Below, one piece after another: positions 56,001 to 64,000 of a stretch of DNA of 64,000 nt. Origin of the DNA: Tubiluchus corallicola (Eukaryota > Animalia > Priapulida); the NCBI GenBank assembly GCA_030141605.1, contig JAQGDQ010000021.1, forward strand, positions 930,001 to 994,000, read 5' to 3'. The notes below the pieces were generated by a model. It ran no database searches, had not been told where the DNA came from, and worked only from the letters and a program-made list of their open reading frames with translations. Within the stretch, counting starts at the first letter, position 1. Each line of letters starts with the position of its first letter. Both the position numbers and the translations under genes were made by a program.

Positions 56001-59000
56001 TGACTCTGTCCACTTCCAAATACAGTATTGTATTTTTAATGTGATAGTTAAACGAATAGTAGCGAATTTAATTTTAAATTTTGAATCGAAAAGTGGTTTT
56101 TAATGGTTCATTTAGCATTGAATAATATATGAGCTACTTTACACAAACAATGACCAGGTGCAAATTTTAAAGTATTTCTTCTTTATTTGTAATACCGTAC
56201 AATGTCAACTCGATTTATGTGCTATTCACAAAATTTAAGAAGCTGCCACCATTTGTCTTCATTAATAACAACTAGTAATGCATCTAACGGTGTAGCGGTC
56301 AAGTCACATATCATAAATGAAAAGACTATATGGCCTCGCATGCTATACACAAGTGACATTAGCAATTGTTATGTTTTTTGTTTTAGCACTTTTTAGCACT
56401 ACATGTCAGGTGTTGCTTAAAGGAGAACAAAGGGGAAATATAAAGTATATAAAGTTCCAAAAATCTTTCCATACAAAGTTACATTAATTTGCATTACGCT
56501 TTCCTGTTTGTATTACTTATGTAACTAGAAAAGAAAATTCTTAATATTTTAAGCCAGTGTTGCACCAACGAATACTCTGATTATCTTTTCAAACTTTATC
56601 CAGTGTTATCTAAGTTTGTCTATCTAGACTTGCCATTAAAATGGCTGCGCCTAATAGTCGTCGTGGCAGTTTAAATTTAGAAGTTTTATACATGTGTTAC
56701 TGCTAAACAACAAAACAGTATGTAGGTGATACAAAATTTAAAAATGAACTTTTTAAGCTGTATTTTTGAAGAGTGTTGTCTTGTCCTTTAATTTTCTTTC
56801 TTCATTTTTCTGTAAATAAGTGAATATATGACATTTATGTAAGTATTTAATTTTAAAGTAAAAGATTAATCATCATCATTTCATTTTTCTGTCTTACTAA
56901 GCAGTTTAGAGATTTCACCTTGAATATTATTAGGCCTGCCCTTCTTGTGTTTTGTATTTTTGTATTGTCTTTAATATTATATTTTTATTGTTTACAGACA
57001 ACAGACCAAAATGGCAAAGGACAAGTTTTCTTGATGCAGTTGACGTGCCTCTAAGTTCAACTCACCTTGATCTTCACAAGCAAGCTAAACAAGCATTTGT
57101 AGTTTTAGATGACATTTCTTCCATAATAGGTACTTGTGATGTTTTATATAGGTACTTGTGATGTGATGTGCTAGGAAGATGCGATTTGACTGAATTCTGT
57201 TAACAGGGATGCTTGCAAGTAGAACAAATTAAAAAATTAAAAAATCGTGATTTGAATCCAGATGTTCTACATTTCAGACCACCACACTAACCATTGCATC
57301 ATGTAGACACTATAAACTGTATCATTTTAATAAAACTGGAACTCGAAACTATATAAGTTTTAATGTTTTATCAAATTCCTTTTTGGTTGGTTTCCATTAT
57401 TACTAGGTTTTTTCTTTTCAGGAGACACAAATCTTGAAAACAGATTCCTGGTTTCTAAACAACTTACAAATGAAAAGACTCCTAGAACCAAGTCACCTTT
57501 GAACCAACAGTGAGTTTTACATTGTCACAAATTCATACTCAGAACAAACTTATATTTTTGAAAAAAATATTTATGTTTAGTCTGTGCTTGCTTGTTATTT
57601 TTTATTATTTATTAGTATTCTTTATTACTAAAATGTCATATATAATTTGTATGTAACAAGTTTTCAAAAACTGATAAAAAATGATAAAGTTATTATTACT
57701 AAGGCTACACGCTTGCACTGACATACATATAAAAAATAAATTAAAAATATATACAAGTGTTTGGAGAATTACAAAACGTACATAAAATACACAGTGCATA
57801 AACATTAAGAACTAAATTAAAATTATATACATGTGCACAAATAGTAAAGAAATTACAAAATGTACAAAATACTCGATACACAGATATTGAGAAATTAATT
57901 TTGGTTAATAAAACAATGGTTTTGTAGGAGAAGTATTTATGTGTAACTATAGCTATGTATTACAAATGGAATTTATATTAATTACTTATGTCAAAGTGTT
58001 TCACTTTATTGCAGTTTCAAGTTATGTAGTTACTATTTCGCATAATTTTGTCAAATAGCTTAAATTGCAGTTTGATTGGATTTGCAGAGATATTAATCAC
58101 ATTAATAGCAAGACTGGAGAAAACAATGTCTACTTTTAAACTGGATCTATTTTAATAGCAAGACTGGAGAAAACTATGTCTACTTTTAAACTGGATCTAT
58201 TTTAATAGGGCCATCATAGTTGCCATCGTCACTGCTGTCATCTCTCTGATCTTCATTATTATCATCAGCTTTGTTTTCATCTTTATCATCTTTATCAGCT
58301 TTGTCATTTTATTTTTATCCTCAACCTTATTAGTATCATGACAAAACATCGACATCAGTGAAAACAAATAGCAGCAGCAGCAGCAGCAGCAGCAGTGACA
58401 AAAGCAGTAATAACAACAATAGCAGAACCACAATGAAAACATTCAGCTTGAAATCTGCACCTCTTCTATGTAGACTAGATGCTTTCTGAAAACAGAATAA
58501 AGCATAATTTATAAGCTAGAACAAAGTATAATGCAATAACAATCAGTGCTAAGAATACACTTTCTTGATGCTTAAAAATGGAATCTGGAAGGGTCTTTGC
58601 TCAGTGCAGTGGAAGGGTTTTTAAAAGTGACCCACAGTGCTGTGTAACCAGGTTCTTCATTTTTCAAAGTGCCGTGTTTAAAGCTTCCTCCTAAACCCCA
58701 CACAAAGCCAACATGTTTGAACATGGTTTTTGTAGGAAATTTCAAGTGGACCAAGTGAGTAGGTTTTGGAAACGACTGTTGCAGAAAGCCAGATATATAT
58801 AAAAGTTACAAAGCAAGACAGTTACTATTTTAGATTTGACAACAGAGTTATAATCAAAATAGTTGTAATTACATTGTTTGTTTATGTTTTTATTGTACTT
58901 TTGTAAGTGAGTGTCACCAGTGAATTACTTGTGTTTTAGGAAGCCGCCTAAATTCAGAACTTACGGAAGGACAGTGAACAAAGGAAAATCTAGACCCGTC

Positions 59001-62000
59001 CATTCAACAAGAATTTTTCCATCCCGCTCGACTTACAATTTTGAAGAATTTAGTAATATCACAATTATTGCAGGTGGTGGCATATTTGTTCTTTATTCAA
59101 ATATATTTATTGTGGTGATTCATGATTTTCTTGAACTGTTCTAAACCTATTGATATTAATGATTAATAAAGGTATTATTAATGAGCTATTAATAATTCCA
59201 TTTTTCTACGGAATGAAAGACAGATTACAAGAGAGCAACAGTTTAAATGTATATGACAATATGATAAATGCATTATTTTGCAAAGTTTGTCATTGTTGAT
59301 TGACTAATATCTACACTATAAAAAAGCGAGTCTTTGTCATTGCTTTAACGCAGTCATCTCCATCATCTCTTTTATGCTATAAATTAAAAACTACGATGGT
59401 GGCTAGTCTTTGGCCTTGACTGTGTTGTTCAAAGTCAAATGTCCCAACAATTTTAGAGCAGCAGTGAGTTCCTCAAACAAGGTTATGTAACATGCAGTTA
59501 CCTTGAGTGGGTGTTGCAATGCCAATGAATGTCACGACCACAAGAGTAACAAGGTGTGACTTACAAGGTGTTGGTGACTAAATTATAAAAGTGGATAAAT
59601 GACTATGAGAGGAAGGTCTGCTGGTCAACTTGCAAAAAACTTAAAGCACTTGGATAGCCAAACTTGTCCAATCTATAACGTGACAAACAAACGACTGTAA
59701 TGGGGTTCAGAATCTTGAATAGGTAGTTTAAGCAACAGTTGCAACAATGGATAATTGGGTTAATATATGTGTAATGTTTTCTAGATGACGTGGGCAATGG
59801 TTTCTCTAATGAGGCACTTCCAAAAGCTAATGAAAATGTGCTTTTAGAAGCAGATGAAGTAAGTACTTAAGCCTGGTTGCATTTTGGCCAATATAGCAGT
59901 TTGACTTCTTTTTTTATTTTGCTTTAATTATGAAGAAATTAAGTGAAAAGAGACGTCATTTTCAGAACATTTGTACTTAGTTCAACGATGCGTTCAGATG
60001 ACATCTGTGCATTGAACTGAATATGTTGATTCATAATTGAAATTGTTGTTGTTGAAATTATCTATATAATTGTCCTGTTTTTACACAACTCTCAAGCAAA
60101 TTGGATTCCGGAATTCGGCGGTGTAGATGATCTCAACGGGATGGGAATTTAGCTCATTATCAAGATTAATCATCTAATTAACAAGGAGACACCTAATGGC
60201 AGAGGTGTGATATACTATTCATCACCATGTTTGGATAACATGCCTTACATCATTGCTTAACAGAAGAAATGGCTAAAATTTATTGTGGTGTGTTATAAAA
60301 TATGCATTTTATATGAATATATGCATTTCTGAGGAGAATAAGAATGTTTGATGGCAATTCCCTAAAATCTATTGCCCTTGAAAATTTGGCACCTAGGCTT
60401 TTCAGACTGGTTATGCTAATGACCCTGACCATGACCTTTTGCTATTCATTGCTTAATACCCAGTTTACATAGTCATTTTATGCACTAATCTTTTAAAGCA
60501 GTGAATAATGATAGAATTGTGTCTATTATACGTGGCCATTGATCATTAACATTAGTATATGTGTATCCACTTTTATTTATAGAAATGTGAAAGTGTATTG
60601 GATGGAGAGGTATTTTCTCCGGTGGAGCTAACTGTCAAGCAGATGCCGCCAGTAAGTCAAATCAGCAAACTAAGCCAGTACAGAATTTCAAATTTGATTT
60701 CAGTTTTGTGAACCTCATAGTTATACAACCAAGAAGTAAATCTAAATTAATTGTCTCACATTTTCATTTGAGATTTTTAATTAAAAGCACTATACTACCA
60801 ATAATTAAACATGTACTGTCACCTACATTTAAAATTATTTATTATAGTAACTTGATTCAAGTTTAATCCAGATTGTGGCTTTGATCTGTGCTGCTCAGTC
60901 ACCTGTACCTGCTAGGCTTCCCATATATGGTAGTAAAGATTGTTAGTGACTTTTGCTAGCTATTTCAGGTGAGCTCAACAGGTGCATGTGACTTGGGTAG
61001 CTGTGCCAAGGCCAGGCTGGGCCCATTTTTTTCTGATTATTGCTGCTGAATTGTCACTGTGTGTGTTTTCCTTTCACATAAATAGAATAAATAGCAAATA
61101 AAGTCTTTCACAGTTCAATGCAGTTTCCCTATTTTTTTCTTGCTTTAACCACCAGAATGAACCACTCATATAATTCAGTCTAAAAGTATCTATTTCAATC
61201 TCTCTACAAATTCAGCTATAAGGTTTCTACAAATGGTTCAGTCAGTCTGTATAGCCAACTTCAAATTTTTCTACGTTAATAACGTTCTGTGATGTGTTTA
61301 TGTTTTCACAAGCAGTTCGGTTTTTATTCCAGACAAAGAAAAAAGCATGCACAAGTACACCAGTAACCAGTGACACTGGCAAAAAATGCATTACTGAAAT
61401 ATCTGTAAGTCTCCGTTACCGCTTTTTATAATGTATTGCAATTGAATGAATATCTGTCTGTGTTACCTGAGTAACTTCTGTTGTGCTATGCAAAACAGGA
61501 AATTCGACTTATTTTCTCAAATTTTATTATAGGAACAAATATCTTCTATCAGAAGCTCTGGCATGACTAGTCTGCTTCGTCCTCCACATGTGTCGAGAGA
61601 AATGATTAGTGATGCTTCAGCAAATATTCATTATTCCGATAACTTAAATAACAACTTGCCTGATAAGGCTGGCAAACGTACGGAGAGTGAAAATCGTCAA
61701 ACATCTAAGTCAAATAAGGTTCGTATTATCAAGTAGCTCTCTTTAGCAAACACCGTTAAAGGAAAACAGGATGATTTTTCACATCCTACCCCATTTTGAA
61801 AGTAGAATGTACACATTTTAAAATCTACAATAATACCAAAAACATTTCTGATAATTGAATAATAGGTTTAAAACTTAATTAATGGCGGGCGAGCCCAACT
61901 AATGATGACGTCACAATTGAACATAATTTTCAACAGCACAAGCATTCCATGAGCATATTGCACAGGTTCGTGAACGCGAAAATTGAAGTACAGTGCTACT

Positions 62001-63800
62001 GTACAGCATTCAATGTGATATACAAAAACTCGACAAGTTTTAAGTAAAAAATTAAAATTTCAAGTTTATCGCTGTGCTCACGCATGAGTTGTTCAACGTG
62101 TGTACTACATTGCAGCTGAACACCTCTAAACTGAAAGGTGCAGTACCTGTTTTTTGTGCAATGTGTTTCCAAGATGCAAGCACTAGTACCCATCTAATTA
62201 GTGACTGCTGAAATGCATGTTACAACAAAGATCGATTGTGTCGTGCAAACGCAAAATTATGTTTATGCGGTAATAATTCTTTTACGTAAGTCATTCTTCA
62301 GAAAATAGTATAAATAGTATATTCCTTGTTGATATTTTATAGGGTAGATTGTTTGAACAATAGTTTAAGGTTGCGTCCGGTTTTCTTTTAAGTGATAAAG
62401 ACAAAATACGTAAATGCTTCTGTATAATCCAGTCTAATAAATACAGGACCGCTATCTGTCTCTTCCCTTGTTATCTGGTTTATGTTTATTTGTTTTCCGG
62501 TCTGTAAAAATAATATTTCCAGTGATGTGTAACAGGTAATAAAGAGAAGTCATGAAAAAATACCAGACGACATTATTTGCACATTAGATTTTCTGCCAGC
62601 AACTAGAAATCATCTGAAGCTGTTGCGTGTACCACTCGAAATGCCAATTTTTCAGTATCCTTCAGGTGCGTGGATCGCAAAAATTTGTGCAACGGATTTT
62701 AGAAATCTTTAAAAATTAAAACGTGTAAATTAGATATTTATTAGTTAGATTAGTCAGGCATGTTTGAGAACGGTCAGTCGTAAAACTATACATTATTAAC
62801 TGTGAGTATGAGTTTAGTTAAGGCCAATTTTGGTTTGCTTAAGTTTGGTCTGTTTCTAATAGTTATTTCAATTTTGTGTACTTGTTTGCGAAGTAACTCT
62901 ATAAAGAGGTCTACTTTGCCATGATGTCAGTCAGTCTCGTAAGTTCTGTGTAATATGTTTTTAGGTAGTTTTTATATTGTGATGTCACATTAAAGTTACT
63001 TACTCCATATTCTGAGTTTTTACGAAAAACGAATTCCATGGCAACAGTAATTGTAAGTGAGATGTCCGGGCAGTATAGTAGAAAAACTCATGAAACGAGT
63101 AACCCAATGCTTCACATTCTGGACTAGTTTCATATACCAGTTTTTAAGACTTAGGTGCTATAAATGTTTATTACTTAATTATATAAGCTTTTTTGTGTTA
63201 CTGTTGTGTGCAAGTTCAGTGGAGTATTCTGTCACATACGTTTACTATAGGTAATACAGTATTCAGTATTACACTTCATATTTACTGTTATTCTTTAGTC
63301 ATGTATTTATTTTATTAATTAATTAAATCTGGTGTAAAGCATGGAAGGTATTGTTTCCAGTTTTGTTCTAATGATCTTATAAAAGAATTGTGATGAGCAG
63401 ATTATGGGTGTTATGTTTCTTAAACATCTGTAGGCTCTGGTTTGGGTGCAGATGATTTATCACTGTTAGTTGTATTTTGGAAAACTCTCTGTATGGATGT
63501 GTTAGAGTACTTTCTTGTGTGGCATGCCTGTAAATGGCAAATGTACTGTTATCTTTAAAGTATGTTGTAAAGAGCGATAGAAAGCTTGCGGTCGATATTG
63601 CGTCTTGCGAAATTAAAGCTAAAATAATTCTTACGATTGTCCCACCCTACTGTATGCATGGTAAAGCTGAAAGAGTTGTGCTTATAGAAATCAATCAATT
63701 TTATATGAACAGAATGAATGTGTATAATTAACTTTGCATTTTTGTACAGGATTTTCACGTTTTCATTTATTTTTTTTTAGATTTTTTGGAATGTTTATAG
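44063..63800 (+). CDS. Uncharacterised ~528 aa intrinsically disordered protein, 15 coding exons; candidate MEIKIN-like kinetochore/cohesin regulator
   Basis: Exons 44063-44068, 44846-45080, 53738-53857, 54353-54430, 54683-54802, 55351-55473, 56998-57129, 57422-57509, 58940-59073, 59785-59858, 60583-60651, 61333-61404, 61533-61718, 62536-62665, 63781-63800. All have AG acceptors and GT donors, and phases chain with no stop (1587 nt): MEDEDESDTESSYY...FQYPSDFLECL*. AATAAA at ~63990. The gene structure is well supported; the product call is inference. The donor at 59074 and the acceptor at 62535 are weaker. Confidence 0.8.
46381..46473. repeat. Compound (GT)n/(GCGG)n/(GCGT)n microsatellite
   Basis: Direct reading. 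Confidence 0.9.
46825..47997 (-). CDS. FBXO22: F-box only protein 22-like (F-box + FIST domains), single coding exon, 390 aa, nested antisense in an intron
   Basis: F-box LTDLPEIMNKTLNFLPIKSLQTCATVCVGW, then FBXO22/FIST-like blocks in the expected order: LPSAVLVF, VESVGIV, IFPEMPAVKTYSF, IRLLLLF, IAFGGG, VLGLAISGENLHVSSL, AFCNVFPKAKLSG, LYHRDKSVIYLI. A splice acceptor 32 nt upstream of the ATG (exon boundary 48029) and a GTAAGT donor at 50259 suggest a non-coding first exon. Confidence 0.88.
   Translation of the reverse strand: MMYVNHEQLHPLTDLPEIMNKTLNFLPIKSLQTCATVCVGWNQTANRIKQKRRSKVECFFTEGDSNARKTTTNFSAFADNLETLPSAVLVFSTGGMVGTRLEHKSQNLLEHMVSCLPQNVTTVCVESVGIVSSLAKNSVIDNTLQESGIIATIFPEMPAVKTYSFLDEWEEPDLQEWIKHHSWIKSDRNIRLLLLFYDSPSLQMYNFGRKILEELWWNSDGHIAFGGGYGCFRGLHQITNGKKRSQNYSVLGLAISGENLHVSSLCVNGLTTSQEEIEVALKKLSISINDQRVLCGLCFICKLNIATNDAVAEHTHRNHARAITNAFCNVFPKAKLSGLMIGQGSAVIGFDQNTEIGETDYLPKNDELYHRDKSVIYLITIKDQQKPSNL
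48478..48535 (+). repeat. 5S rRNA-derived SINE-like fragment
   Basis: GAAGTAAGGGCA...GATCAGTAAGTGGATGGGTGACT resembles the 5S internal promoter (box A to box C); related segments at ~30991-31040 and 52768-52818. Too degenerate to be a functional 5S gene. Confidence 0.45.
52768..52818 (+). repeat. 5S rRNA-derived SINE-like fragment
   Basis: AGTTAAGCAACAATGGCTTTAGTCTGTACTTGGATGG compared with the 5S motif AGCTAAGCA...GTTAGTACTTGGATGG. Confidence 0.45.
56417..56791 (+). mobile_element. TTAA-ended MITE family A, copy 4 (internally deleted)
   Basis: Termini TTAAAGGA...TCCTTTAA, the Kolobok/T2 signature; interior collinear with the other copies. Confidence 0.8.
58102..58208. repeat. 50-bp tandem duplication (1 mismatch)
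   Basis: TTAATAGCAAGACTGGAGAAAAC(A/T)ATGTCTACTTTTAAACTGGATCTATT x2. Confidence 0.92.
58369..58425. repeat. (CAG)n / (CAA)-type low-complexity tract
   Basis: Direct reading; intronic. Confidence 0.85.
61756..62391 (+). mobile_element. TTAA-ended MITE family B, copy 2
   Basis: TTAAAGGAAAACAGG...CCGGTTTTCTTTTAA terminal inverted repeats; collinear with 19289-19760. Confidence 0.82.
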
Positions 63801-64000
63801 TAAAGATGATGACAACGTTGCCATCTTATCATGGAAGTCATTGTTTCTAGATTAGCTTAGACCACGAGTTTTGTGCAGCAGTTCAACTTGTTCTAGTCGC
63901 ATCGATAAAGTACAAAGATTCACATATTTAAGATTTACATATGATGTGTAGTAAATGCCTTTCTTTATGATGATATGTGTGTTTGACAAAATAAATATAT

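Noticed and set aside
58197-58442. Poly-Cys ORF
   Set aside because: Antisense of intronic (CAG)n low-complexity sequence.
44063-63800. Haspin kinase, WAPL, Sororin or Shugoshin identity for the orphan gene
   Set aside because: It shares short motifs (RTYG, STP, YNF), but the spliced frame stops at 63800 with no kinase domain, WAPL helical domain, Sororin C-terminal motif or Shugoshin coiled coil visible.

Overview
AT-rich, intron-containing animal (probably invertebrate) genomic DNA; no prokaryotic features, rRNA or CRISPR. Four protein-coding genes were rebuilt by hand with GT-AG introns and consistent exon phases. (1) TEAD/scalloped, + strand, 11 coding exons, 16241-23905, ~418 aa. (2) A convergent TBC1D15/17 Rab7-GAP, - strand, 16 coding exons, 40205-27825, ~644 aa. 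(3) A 15-exon + strand gene, 44063-63800, ~528 aa, mostly missing from the ORF track; it encodes a disordered protein with cohesin/Polo-kinase/APC-type motifs and a C-terminus resembling vertebrate MEIKIN. (4) An intronless FBXO22-like F-box/FIST CDS, - strand, 46825-47997, nested in intron 2 of gene 3. The first ~14 kb has no convincing coding exons. Repeats include LINE fragments, TTAA-ended (Kolobok/T2-like), hAT- and Harbinger-like MITEs, 5S-derived fragments, a pair of decayed Penelope-type hammerheads and microsatellites. All homology statements come from recall of protein families, not from database searches.
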